The notes beneath the pieces are model-generated. The model saw nothing but the letters and a program-made list of their open reading frames with translations, searched no databases and had not been told where the DNA came from. DNA of 64,000 nucleotides from Fibrobacterales bacterium (GTDB taxonomy: Bacteria; Fibrobacterota; Fibrobacteria; Fibrobacterales; JAOPTW01): the NCBI GenBank assembly GCA_051532055.1, contig JAOPTX010000007.1, positions 160,001 to 224,000 on the forward strand, in the 5' to 3' direction. Both the position numbers and the translations under genes were made by a program. Positions 1-8,884 of the stretch are shown in pieces (the first letter of the stretch is position 1; the number at the start of each line of letters is the position of its first letter).

Positions 1-102
1 ATCTTAATTTTCAATTGTTGGCGTATTCAGACGAGGTTTGACAATTGAAGACGTACTTTTGTATGTCGATTGAGTTATAACGAAATATGAAGTGATTAAA
101 AT

Positions 103-735
103 CTACAAATTCTCGGTGATGAAGGTGTCGATCGACGATCTAAGCCAATCAAAAGAGTCACTGTTATAGGTAATAAACAGGCTCCCTGAAACCGTATCAT
201 TATCCAGTGAAAACTGTGCCTCTGCAATGATTACTTCAGCATCCTCAGGAAAGACTTCATCAGTAAAGCCATCAACTTTATCAAGTAAAATATGAGGTGC
301 TGAGAAAGTATTCTCTTCTTTGAAAATTCCTGAAATTTTATTGATACATGAATTAATAAGGAGCGAACTTACCTGGGCAAAAACCATGGTACGCTCTTCA
401 TCACTCAATTCCTCAGCTGAGCGCTTCTCTTCATCAAATCCCATAATATTAAGCATTTCTGCAACAAGCTCTGAAGGAATTGCCAAATAAGCTGTTCCAT
501 TCCAATTACCCCAAAATCCCTGCTCTACAATAGAGACTTCTTGATTTGAGGAAACATTTTTATTCGCAAAATCTGTGATTTCATCGCCAGTCCCCATGAA
601 AACTTTCGGAACGGAAATGGTAATAAAAGAGTTTAATGCATCTGCTAGTTCTGCACAAGCCGCACCAAAACCCATATTCATAATCTCTATGAGTATTTCG
701 GTATCATCTTTATTAAATTGACTTGCATCAGACAT
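103..735 (-). CDS. CheC/CheX-family phosphatase-like protein
   Basis: E-x-x-N motif (EIMNMGFGAACAEL), ITISVPKV, final beta-rich GSLFITY segment; overlaps the stop of the upstream single-domain response regulator. Confidence 0.75.
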   Translation of the reverse strand: MSDASQFNKDDTEILIEIMNMGFGAACAELADALNSFITISVPKVFMGTGDEITDFANKNVSSNQEVSIVEQGFWGNWNGTAYLAIPSELVAEMLNIMGFDEEKRSAEELSDEERTMVFAQVSSLLINSCINKISGIFKEENTFSAPHILLDKVDGFTDEVFPEDAEVIIAEAQFSLDNDTVSGSLFITYNSDSFDWLRSSIDTFITENL

Positions 736-1099
736 TATCTTCTATCCAGCTCAGTAATTGTACCATACTATCTTCAGAGGGTGGTTTATCTTGTACTTTA
801 AGTGCACCGAGAGCAAGCACTCTCTCTTTAGCCTCTTTTTGTGCATCTGCGCTATTAATGACCACTTTTGCGTTTTCATCAAATTTCATAAGTACTTCAA
901 GACACTGAAATCCATCCATTTCGGGCATGGTTAAATCAAGAAAGACGAGATCTGGTTTATCTTTCTGATACAATTCCAAGCCATCTTTTGCACTACCTGC
1001 TTCGATAAACTCATATTCATCCTTATTAGGAATAACCCGCATAAGCATTTTTCGGGCTACCGGAGAGTCATCAATTACAAGAATTTTCTTAATATCCAT
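728..1099 (-). CDS. Single-domain response regulator (CheY-like receiver)
   Basis: ILVIDDS, FLDLTMPEMDG phospho-Asp, SAD, KP motifs; 123 aa. Confidence 0.9.
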   Translation of the reverse strand: MDIKKILVIDDSPVARKMLMRVIPNKDEYEFIEAGSAKDGLELYQKDKPDLVFLDLTMPEMDGFQCLEVLMKFDENAKVVINSADAQKEAKERVLALGALKVQDKPPSEDSMVQLLSWIEDNV

Positions 1100-1214
1100 T
1101 ATTAACCAGAAATTAAAAGTAACGTTAGTTCATAGTACCACGATAATTTTCCAATTTCAAGAATTATTCTATCTTTTCTTTAAAATGCTCAAATCACTCC
1201 AAAGGGGGAATTTC

Positions 1215-1913
1215 ATGAGAAATGAGGACTTTTTAGCTAAAAATTTCGCAGAAATTGATGCACGTATCACTCAAGCTGCTCAAAAAGCTAATCGATCTCC
1301 AAGTGAGATCACCCTTATCTGGGTATCGAAGCGAAAAGAGGCTGCTATGGTTCAAGCTGCAGCTCAAGCTGGGGCCATACATTTTGGAGAAAACCGCATT
1401 CAAGAAGCCATTGACAAATTTACAACACCACCTGAAGGGACGCTACTCCATATTATCGGTCCTGTTCAAAAGAATAAAATGAGAAAAGCCGTCGCTGTTG
1501 GAGACTGGATACACACATTATCCTCTCTCGAAGACCTCGATCGTCTTAATAGAATATGTATTGAAGAACAAAAAACCATCAATGTCTTAATACAGGTTAA
1601 TACATCTGAGGAAGAGAGCAAAAGTGGTGTACCGCACCAGAAGGCTGAAAGCTTTTTAAATTCTCTCCCCATTCACTCTAATTTGTTATATTGTGGACTA
1701 ATGACCATTGGCAAAAACAGTGGAATTCCCGAAGATAGTCGTTCAGAATTCAAGTTTTTGCGAACACTGCGAGACACATTTAACAATCGCGATGAGCGAT
1801 TCAGATTCTTCACAGAACTCTCTATGGGTATGACTAATGATATGCATATTGCCATTGAAGAGGGAGCGACAATGATTCGGATCGGAACAGCACTATTTGG
1901 TGCACGAGACTAA
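1215..1913 (+). CDS. yggS: PLP homeostasis protein, YggS/PROSC family
   Basis: VSK, FGENRIQE, GLMTIG, LSMGMTND, EEGATMIRIGTALFG; start taken as ATG 1215 after GGGGGA. Confidence 0.93.
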   Translation: MRNEDFLAKNFAEIDARITQAAQKANRSPSEITLIWVSKRKEAAMVQAAAQAGAIHFGENRIQEAIDKFTTPPEGTLLHIIGPVQKNKMRKAVAVGDWIHTLSSLEDLDRLNRICIEEQKTINVLIQVNTSEEESKSGVPHQKAESFLNSLPIHSNLLYCGLMTIGKNSGIPEDSRSEFKFLRTLRDTFNNRDERFRFFTELSMGMTNDMHIAIEEGATMIRIGTALFGARD

Positions 1914-1922
1914 AGGACCCTT

Positions 1923-2177
1923 ATGATTACATGGATATTAGTAAATGGCATACAACTCCTTTCAATTGGATTTTTTGCTCTTGGATTTGTTAACCTTATT
2001 CCTTCACTTAAAAATTCAAGTCTTGTTCATAAAACTGAACCCTATACTGAACCACTTCTCAAAGCAGTGCGCAGTTATATGCCCGAAGGAAGTTTTGACT
2101 TTTCTTACTGGGTTGTATCGGGAGTACTCATGCTCCTCTCATTTGTTGTAAGTTTTGCTTTTGGCATTCTGTTTTAA
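1923..2177 (+). CDS. yggT: YggT family membrane protein
   Basis: TEPLL..VR...P...FDFS motif between hydrophobic helices; sits between yggS and divIVA. Confidence 0.75.
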   Translation: MITWILVNGIQLLSIGFFALGFVNLIPSLKNSSLVHKTEPYTEPLLKAVRSYMPEGSFDFSYWVVSGVLMLLSFVVSFAFGILF

Positions 2178-2188
2178 TAGGAGCTCCC

Positions 2189-2695
2189 ATGGAAATTACC
2201 CCACTCGACATTCGAAACCAAGCTTTTAAAAAGAAAAAAATCGGTGGCTATGACCCAGAAGAAGTTGACTCATTTTTGACTCAAATCGCAAGTGATTTGG
2301 AAATCAGAAACAAAGAGTACAATCAATTCAAAGAAAAACTTAAACTTGCCGATGATAGAGTCCGCCAGTTTCAACAGATCGAAGCAACCCTTCAAGACTC
2401 TGTTGTTACTATGCAGAAAAATATCGATGAGACCCGCCGTAATGCCCATAAAGAAGCAGAGCTTATTATTGGTGAAGCAAAAGCGAGAGCTGAGAAAGAT
2501 ACAGCTACTATACGAAAAGAAGCCGATGATCTCAGAGAAGAAATTTCAATTTTAAAAACTCAGCGCAAGCATCTGTTTATTAGAATGCACAATGTTATCA
2601 ACTCTCAAAGAGAACTTCTTGAAGCACTCGAGCGTGAAGATAACTTTGTCGAAGAGATTGACCCCGGTGTAATCACCAGTGAAAATTTCCGTTAA
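2189..2695 (+). CDS. divIVA: DivIVA domain cell division protein
   Basis: ITPLDIRNQAF...GYDPEEVDSFL N-terminal motif followed by coiled coil; RBS AGGAG. Confidence 0.9.
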   Translation: MEITPLDIRNQAFKKKKIGGYDPEEVDSFLTQIASDLEIRNKEYNQFKEKLKLADDRVRQFQQIEATLQDSVVTMQKNIDETRRNAHKEAELIIGEAKARAEKDTATIRKEADDLREEISILKTQRKHLFIRMHNVINSQRELLEALEREDNFVEEIDPGVITSENFR

Positions 2696-2903
2696 AGCAC
2701 AAACTAAATCAAAAAGAAATGAGGTTGTGGGCCCCGATGAGTCAGGGCTCTACACCGTTCATGTCAACACCCCACCAGTAGACGGCAAAGCAAATACTGC
2801 TCTATGCGCGCTTCTTGCCAAACACTTCAAGGTTTCAAAAAGTTCTGTTTCGGTACTCAAAGGCCTGACATCAAAACAAAAAATAATAGAGATAGAGATT
2901 TAA
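2679..2903 (+). CDS. yggU: DUF167 / YggU family protein
   Basis: V.TPPVDGKAN.AL..LLAKHF.V.KS.V....G.TSK.K. Confidence 0.88.
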   Translation: MKISVKAQTKSKRNEVVGPDESGLYTVHVNTPPVDGKANTALCALLAKHFKVSKSSVSVLKGLTSKQKIIEIEI

Positions 2904-2906
2904 ATC

Positions 2907-3581
2907 ATGCATACCTTTTTTATACTGATCCTCCTTAGTGTCATTTCACTCAATGCCTTTACTCGGAATATCAAGCCTGGTGGCCTCTCCTACTCTGCAT
3001 CACTGAACGTTGGGTGGCAAGATAGCGAGATACACTTTAATGGCACTGACTCCATTGACTTTTACTCCCACAATCCAGAGACTACAACTGACTCTCTCAC
3101 AGGGCGTGCACCTACCCTCAACTTTTATTCTGGCCCAATCTACAATTTGCGCCTCGCAGCCCACATAGGAGCTCAAGAGCTTAAAATATCTCTTGCCTTG
3201 ATAGATCATACTCTTTCATACCCCAAACAGAATGTGACATCACTTTTTTATCGACTGACTTTTGCCTATCAATACACCTTTTTACAAGACTGGATAGTAT
3301 CCCCCTTTATTTCCCCAGGTATAGGGTTTCATAGAATTACTGTAGACAAAGGCTTTCATGATGTAATGGGTGAAAAAAGAAACTTCACCCTTACTGGAAA
3401 ACATTATCAAATTGAAACCGGTATAGAGTATCCCCTCTTTATCCATCTAAGCCTCACAAGTAGTGCCTTGTACCGCTGGACAAACTATCAAAACTTTGGA
3501 GTTGGAACAAAGACCAGTTATGAACTCAATATATGGGGTCGAGAATTAAGTGGCATGATTGGGGTCAAAATTCACTTCTAA
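2907..3581 (+). CDS. Putative outer-membrane beta-barrel protein
   Basis: Signal-peptide-like N-terminus, alternating aromatic beta-strands (SPFISPGIGF), C-terminal Phe (GVKIHF). Confidence 0.55.
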   Translation: MHTFFILILLSVISLNAFTRNIKPGGLSYSASLNVGWQDSEIHFNGTDSIDFYSHNPETTTDSLTGRAPTLNFYSGPIYNLRLAAHIGAQELKISLALIDHTLSYPKQNVTSLFYRLTFAYQYTFLQDWIVSPFISPGIGFHRITVDKGFHDVMGEKRNFTLTGKHYQIETGIEYPLFIHLSLTSSALYRWTNYQNFGVGTKTSYELNIWGRELSGMIGVKIHF

Positions 3582-3639
3582 TCTATCTAAAGCTGATGCA
3601 AAGGGAGTAGTATCACTTACTCCTCCCTATAGATAATAA

Positions 3640-4362
3640 CTATAGATCGAAGTGAAATCCCATCTCTTGAAGCTTATTATATTTCCGTTTATCAAAACGA
3701 TAATAACGAGCAGCGCGGTGAGAAACACCTGTTTGACGCTCATTTAATGCAACGAGGAAATCCATTTTAAGAATCTTTTTACGGAAGTTCCGCTTATCAA
3801 GTTCTAATCCAAGGATTTCTTCATACAATTTTTGAAGTTCAGTCAACGTAAATTTACGAGGAAGAAGTTCAAAACCGATTGGTTCATAGCGAACTTTTGA
3901 TTTAAGGCGTCTATGTGCCACCTCAAGTATTTCACCATGATCAAAAGGCATCGTTGGTGCCTCTGATACTTTATTCCAACTAACCTTACGCACGTTGTTA
4001 CCAGCTTGCAAGTTGTAATCTTCAGGATTAATCAGTGCATAATAAGCAACAGTTATTACACGCTTAAGAGGATACCGCTCTACTTCACCAAAAGTAAACA
4101 GTTGCTCAAGAAAAATATCCCGTACACCGGTTAAATCACCGAGAATTCGCTCCGAAGCATTTTCAAGACTCTCACTCACATGGACCAATCCACCTGGAAG
4201 TGCAAGTTGCCCTGCACATGGCTCAACATCCATTTCTAGAGTAATGAAGTGGAGAGCATTATCCACAACGCCAAATATGACGTAGTCCACTGAGAGATGT
4301 TCCAGATACTCATTCTGGTCACGATACGGAGAGGTTTCGGCGTCTTTTGTATTAATTGGCAT
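3640..4362 (-). CDS. NrtR-family Nudix-related transcriptional regulator
   Basis: SVDYVIFG, ALPGG, LEQLFTFG..R.P..RVITVAYYAL, FDH, C-terminal wHTH FTLTELQ.LYE.ILG..LDKRNFRKK. Confidence 0.88.
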   Translation of the reverse strand: MPINTKDAETSPYRDQNEYLEHLSVDYVIFGVVDNALHFITLEMDVEPCAGQLALPGGLVHVSESLENASERILGDLTGVRDIFLEQLFTFGEVERYPLKRVITVAYYALINPEDYNLQAGNNVRKVSWNKVSEAPTMPFDHGEILEVAHRRLKSKVRYEPIGFELLPRKFTLTELQKLYEEILGLELDKRNFRKKILKMDFLVALNERQTGVSHRAARYYRFDKRKYNKLQEMGFHFDL

Positions 4363-4476
4363 GTGCTATCTCGAGGGTTTTAATCGTAAGTGAAAAATAA
4401 CATAAAAACGCCCGCTATTCAAAGAGTAACGTACCCATATGAAGGAAAAAAGTTCGTTTTTTTACCTATTACACAA

Positions 4477-5820
4477 TTATATGTCAACTTCAACAACGGC
4501 ACCTGACTTTACCTCATCTGCAAGCGAAATCGAGCTGTTATATCGTCCCTCTTTTGGGCCATTTTCGAGGTTAAGCACTCCACGAGGGCACGCAAGAGAA
4601 CACATTCCACAGCCAACACAACTAGCCCTCACAATATTTTCACCCTTTTGTGCATACTCTCGTACATCAATCCCCATTTCACAGTACGTTGTACAATTAC
4701 CACACGAAACACATTGCGCACCATTGGTCGTTATCCTAAATCGTGAATTAACCCGTTGTAATATTCCCAATATCCCCGCCATTGGACAACCAAATCGACA
4801 CCAAATTCGAGTCCCGAGTAAAGGATATAACCCTACTCCAATGACTCCAGAAAATACAGAGCCAATGAAGAAACCATAAAACTGGGCAAGCCCTTTTGAG
4901 AAGCCAGTAACCCATCCTGTTGCAAACGAGAACCAGAGTGCCCCAGTTGCCAATACAATAAGTCCCAATACTGAATAGATTGAAATTTTCTCAATTGACC
5001 AAGCGCGCTTTGTTGAATTCGAAAGGTGGCGCCAGGTATCACCAGCAGTATTAGCAAGTCCACCACAACCACATACCCACGAACAATACCACCGTTTACC
5101 ATAGAAATAAGTCAAAATAGGAGTGAGTACAAAGGTAAATGCAACGCCCCACACCAACAATACGAGTGAAAGCTTAGCGGGGTTATTCATGAGCCCAATA
5201 AAATTTGCAGGAAAGAAGTCGCTGTAACTTAAAGGCCAAGAGTAGTTGAGATATTTTTCTGGTTGTTTAAAATAGACAAGGAGAGAGGGTATTAAAAAGG
5301 CAAGGAAAAACTGCGCAGCCATTACCACAGCAGTACGCGCAATCTGATAGCGACTATGACGATAACGAATTAACGCACGTGTCCCCATCACAACCACCGC
5401 AATAGTATAGAATAGGCCATAAAAATACCACTGATCAGAAGGTTTGTCCCGCAATAACTGACTCATAGGGTCACTCATTCTATAAAGGTGCTCCATCGTA
5501 TGTGGCCACCAGTACCACAGCACATAAAAGAGGGTTATTACCATCCCTAACGCCCATGCAGGAACCCCTCTGTTTGTAGTGCCACTGAACATTGTACCGT
5601 TGTTCATCACACCTTTATGGCGAGTGAGATACGTTACGGCACTATGCCCAATAGTACCGATCACCAAAGGCACCACCGCAAGGAGTAGCATAAGAAGAGA
5701 ATGAGATGAACCATATCCCACAAGAGAGAGAAGCAGAGCAATCAACCCCATATATATTATGCCAATAGCAGCAATCTGGGCGCTACTCCGTTTTTTAACA
5801 TAACTCGTTACATAACTCAT
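4477..5820 (-). CDS. Membrane polyferredoxin (4Fe-4S binding; NapH/MauN-like motifs)
   Basis: Many TM helices, GKRWYCSWVCGCG and WCRFGCPM motifs, C-terminal CVSCGNCTTYC and CVGCGMCSLACP. Confidence 0.85.
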   Translation of the reverse strand: MSYVTSYVKKRSSAQIAAIGIIYMGLIALLLSLVGYGSSHSLLMLLLAVVPLVIGTIGHSAVTYLTRHKGVMNNGTMFSGTTNRGVPAWALGMVITLFYVLWYWWPHTMEHLYRMSDPMSQLLRDKPSDQWYFYGLFYTIAVVVMGTRALIRYRHSRYQIARTAVVMAAQFFLAFLIPSLLVYFKQPEKYLNYSWPLSYSDFFPANFIGLMNNPAKLSLVLLVWGVAFTFVLTPILTYFYGKRWYCSWVCGCGGLANTAGDTWRHLSNSTKRAWSIEKISIYSVLGLIVLATGALWFSFATGWVTGFSKGLAQFYGFFIGSVFSGVIGVGLYPLLGTRIWCRFGCPMAGILGILQRVNSRFRITTNGAQCVSCGNCTTYCEMGIDVREYAQKGENIVRASCVGCGMCSLACPRGVLNLENGPKEGRYNSSISLADEVKSGAVVEVDI

Positions 5821-7178
5821 ACTGCATGCCCCTTTTTACTCCAGATCCTCTTCCACAATGGTGTCCGTAACCCTTTAGATGTTATTAAGGTAACCGGAGC
5901 AAATGACTGATTAAAACGCTGAATAACTGACTCTTCAAACCGAGCAAAAAATTCCGGATCAAAATTAAGTGCCCCTAAATGCTCCATTACATAGGTTATG
6001 GTTCGCGCTTCAGCAATCCATTTCTCACAAATTTCATGTCGAGCTCTAATGCCAAAAAAGTTGAATCCTGTAACTGCCTGACCTTCCTTTTTGAAAGTAA
6101 CCCGCATGAGGCGATGCTCTTTTGAATCCTCCCACACAAAGGTCTCTTCATCATTGGGGCTTTTAGGAAGTACCATGCCATAGGTCTGATATTCAATGTC
6201 AAAAAACTTTGCTGAGTTGAACCAAATTCCTGGGGTATATTTGCTGTCCTCTCCTCCAAGAATTGCACCAAGTGTTTCACCATGTGCCTTTGCTGTGTAC
6301 CATACTTGTTCCACAGGCCGCCTTCCTGGAAGGGGCTCTCTAAACTGAGCACAATCACCAACTGCATAGACATGTGGTTGAGATGTTTTAAACTGATGGT
6401 CAATAAGAATCCCTCTATCACACTCTAATGAGGTCTCTTTGACAAAATCAATATTCGGGTGTACTCCAACAGTAATGCCCACAAACTGACAGTCAATCTC
6501 TTCACCTTTTGTGGTAATAATTTTTTCAACACGTCCTGACTCGTCCTTAACAATCTCCTGAAGTTCTGATACCAGTCGTAAATCAACATGATGTTCTTGT
6601 ATATGCCGGCCAATCATCTCTGACTCTTCTGAGGGGAGTACCGCGCTCCAAAATAATTCTTCACGAACTAAAAAAGTAACCGGTATATTGCGAGAGAGAA
6701 GCATTTCTGCAACCTCAACTCCAATCAATCCACCACCCACAACAACTGCTCGTTGAATACCTTTTGTGGATGTTTCCATTTTTTTAAGGTCATCCATGGA
6801 ATAAAATCCCTGAACCCCAGTAGCATCTTGACCCGGCCACCCAAAAAAATTAGATGCAGATCCTGTTGCAAGTACTAACTCGGTATATTCAATGACAGAT
6901 CCATCCTGTAATTTCAACTGTTGCTCAGTATAGTCAACAGTAGTCACCTCATTTTGAATAAGAGATATATTCTGCTCCTTCCAAAATGCCGACTCATAGG
7001 GTTGTGTCTGCTCGACCGTCATATGCCCCATATAGATATACATTAGAGCTGGGCGAGAAAAAAAGTAAGGGCTCTCCTTAGAGATTATGGTTATAGAACC
7101 ACTACTCTGCTTTGCCCGGAGCGATACTGCAGTAGAAATACCCGCCGCTCCATTTCCAATAATAACAACATGACTCAT
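5817..7178 (-). CDS. NAD(P)/FAD-dependent oxidoreductase (ferredoxin/rubredoxin reductase-like)
   Basis: IIGNGAAG, LVLATGS, VVGGGLIGVE, VYAVGDCA; ATGA overlap with the polyferredoxin gene. Confidence 0.88.
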   Translation of the reverse strand: MSHVVIIGNGAAGISTAVSLRAKQSSGSITIISKESPYFFSRPALMYIYMGHMTVEQTQPYESAFWKEQNISLIQNEVTTVDYTEQQLKLQDGSVIEYTELVLATGSASNFFGWPGQDATGVQGFYSMDDLKKMETSTKGIQRAVVVGGGLIGVEVAEMLLSRNIPVTFLVREELFWSAVLPSEESEMIGRHIQEHHVDLRLVSELQEIVKDESGRVEKIITTKGEEIDCQFVGITVGVHPNIDFVKETSLECDRGILIDHQFKTSQPHVYAVGDCAQFREPLPGRRPVEQVWYTAKAHGETLGAILGGEDSKYTPGIWFNSAKFFDIEYQTYGMVLPKSPNDEETFVWEDSKEHRLMRVTFKKEGQAVTGFNFFGIRARHEICEKWIAEARTITYVMEHLGALNFDPEFFARFEESVIQRFNQSFAPVTLITSKGLRTPLWKRIWSKKGHAV

Positions 7179-7265
7179 AACGGATCCAATCAAATGATTT
7201 CTCTTTAGTGAAAGGTATCACACTTTCCTTACAGAATGAGAATAATTATTTAATAAAGTGAGTTA

Positions 7266-7562
7266 TCAGGGTAGAAGTACCCGGTTATCCTTTGCGGCAC
7301 TATTTATGAGCGTTACGACAACATCACGGTCCATTCTCGTTGGGGCATCGCCAAAGTCAAATGATTTCCGTTCCCATGTACCATCTTCTTTTAGAACTCC
7401 GCCCCATATAATATCATCATACTCATAGCCTGAAGCCTGTTGTAAAAAAAGGTGGCGTGTGAGCTCTTTTGCAAAAAAGACACTATTGTCGAAAGTGACA
7501 ATATAGGTGATTTTGGGAACATTGCCATTGCGTACTGGAAGCTCTCTAATTTTAAACTGCAT
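7266..7562 (-). CDS. Hypothetical protein
   Basis: 98-aa ORF co-oriented with its neighbours, filling the gap; GAGGA upstream; no family recognised. Confidence 0.6.
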   Translation of the reverse strand: MQFKIRELPVRNGNVPKITYIVTFDNSVFFAKELTRHLFLQQASGYEYDDIIWGGVLKEDGTWERKSFDFGDAPTRMDRDVVVTLINSAAKDNRVLLP

Positions 7563-7598
7563 GATATTTCATCCTCAGGAGGTTTGCCCTAATATATT

Positions 7599-8573
7599 CT
7601 ACTCTTTCGTTAACTCAAAGACTTTTTCTTTCACAAGGGTAGCAAACCCTTTAATCCAATCTGGTTCGCTATTTAAAGAAGGAATCACCAGACACGAATC
7701 ACCACCGAGCTCAAGAAAAAGGTCGCGATACTCCATTCCGATTTCTTCAAGAGTTTCCAAGTTATCAGCAACAAATGAGGGGCTTGAGATGGCAATACGT
7801 CTTACTCCCTGCTCCCTGAGACTGCGAATGATGTCATCAGTTGCAGGCGAGAGCCACTCCCCTGGCCCAAACTTTGATTGAAAACAAGGTATAATATCTT
7901 CAGAACCCAATGAAAGCTCTTTTTTAAGGAGCTCTGCAGTAGCGAGACAATGGGTATAATAAGGGTCACCAACGTTAATTTTACTCATAGGATACCCATG
8001 AAAAGAGAGGAGTAATTTTTCTACAGGCTCTCTACTCAACAGCCTCGTATGAACCTCTCCAAGGGACTGTATATAATAAGATGAATCGTAAAATGAGCTT
8101 ACAAAGTTTACTCTCGGTTTCCACCGAAGTGACTTTAAACCTTTTAATAAGGCGTCTTCAGCAGATGTTGTCATCGCTTCAGCAAATTGTGGATAGAGTG
8201 GAACCGCCATAAGAGCATCAACCCCACACTCTTTGAGTTCCTGTAGCGCTGTTTTAACAAGAGGCTGCATGCCATGAACATACGCATGTCGTACTTCATA
8301 AGCATCACTCAGTATTCGAGCTACTCCTTCAGTAAATTGTTCAGTATAATAATGGAGTGGGAGTTGCTCCTCTACCAATATTGATCGATATTTCTTGGCA
8401 ACTTTTGGCACTCTTTTAGGTAGAATTACTGCTCGTAGTAGTATTTTCCAAAAAAGCGACTGTTTTACCAGCCGTGGGTCACTTAAAAAGCTTTTTAGAT
8501 AGGCATGTACATCAGTTTCTGAGCCAGAAGCTGGAGATCCTAGTTGAATGAGTAAAAGACCCTGTTTTTTCAC
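7599..8573 (-). CDS. hemH: Ferrochelatase
   Basis: LLLIQLGSP, YLKSFLSDPR, PLYPQF, LLSFHG.P, GDPY, FQSKFGPGEWLSP, FVADNLETLEEI. Confidence 0.93.
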   Translation of the reverse strand: MKKQGLLLIQLGSPASGSETDVHAYLKSFLSDPRLVKQSLFWKILLRAVILPKRVPKVAKKYRSILVEEQLPLHYYTEQFTEGVARILSDAYEVRHAYVHGMQPLVKTALQELKECGVDALMAVPLYPQFAEAMTTSAEDALLKGLKSLRWKPRVNFVSSFYDSSYYIQSLGEVHTRLLSREPVEKLLLSFHGYPMSKINVGDPYYTHCLATAELLKKELSLGSEDIIPCFQSKFGPGEWLSPATDDIIRSLREQGVRRIAISSPSFVADNLETLEEIGMEYRDLFLELGGDSCLVIPSLNSEPDWIKGFATLVKEKVFELTKE

Positions 8574-8686
8574 AACAAATACCTAAATTTGGCCAACCTT
8601 TTTAACAACATACAAATAAACAGTAAATATCTCACCTCGAAATTCCTATAAAGATAAGAGAGATAGACAATTTACAGGGTAGAAAC

Positions 8687-8884
8687 ATGTTTGATTCAAA
8701 TACCGCACTCCATTCACTCGATACATTTTATGCCGAGATTGAAAAGACTTTCGAACAAATAGACCACTCTACCCGCAAGCCTCAAAAGGCTCTTATATCC
8801 ACAATAGATCATATTAAACAAGAGACGGGTCTTGACTTTTGGGAGACTCAACAACGTATTGAGTCAAATACCGAGGGATACTAG
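8687..8884 (+). CDS. Small hypothetical protein
   Basis: 65-aa helical-looking ORF alone in the hemH-lnt gap; its stop abuts the lnt stop. Confidence 0.45.
   Translation: MFDSNTALHSLDTFYAEIEKTFEQIDHSTRKPQKALISTIDHIKQETGLDFWETQQRIESNTEGY

Noticed and set aside
10..49. TTCAATTGT/ACAATTGAA inverted repeat at the window start
   Set aside because: Short, AT-rich and lacking left-hand context; cannot be interpreted
4380..4410. Possible NrtR operator (AAGTGAAAAATAACAT); a similar weak palindrome near 7207-7227
   Set aside because: Spacing and symmetry do not fit GT-N7-AC well; not supportable in AT-rich DNA
4439..4879. 146-aa + strand ORF and the many other 60-170 aa ORFs nested in or antisense to recognised genes
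   Set aside because: They fully overlap well-supported genes and show no motifs or RBS
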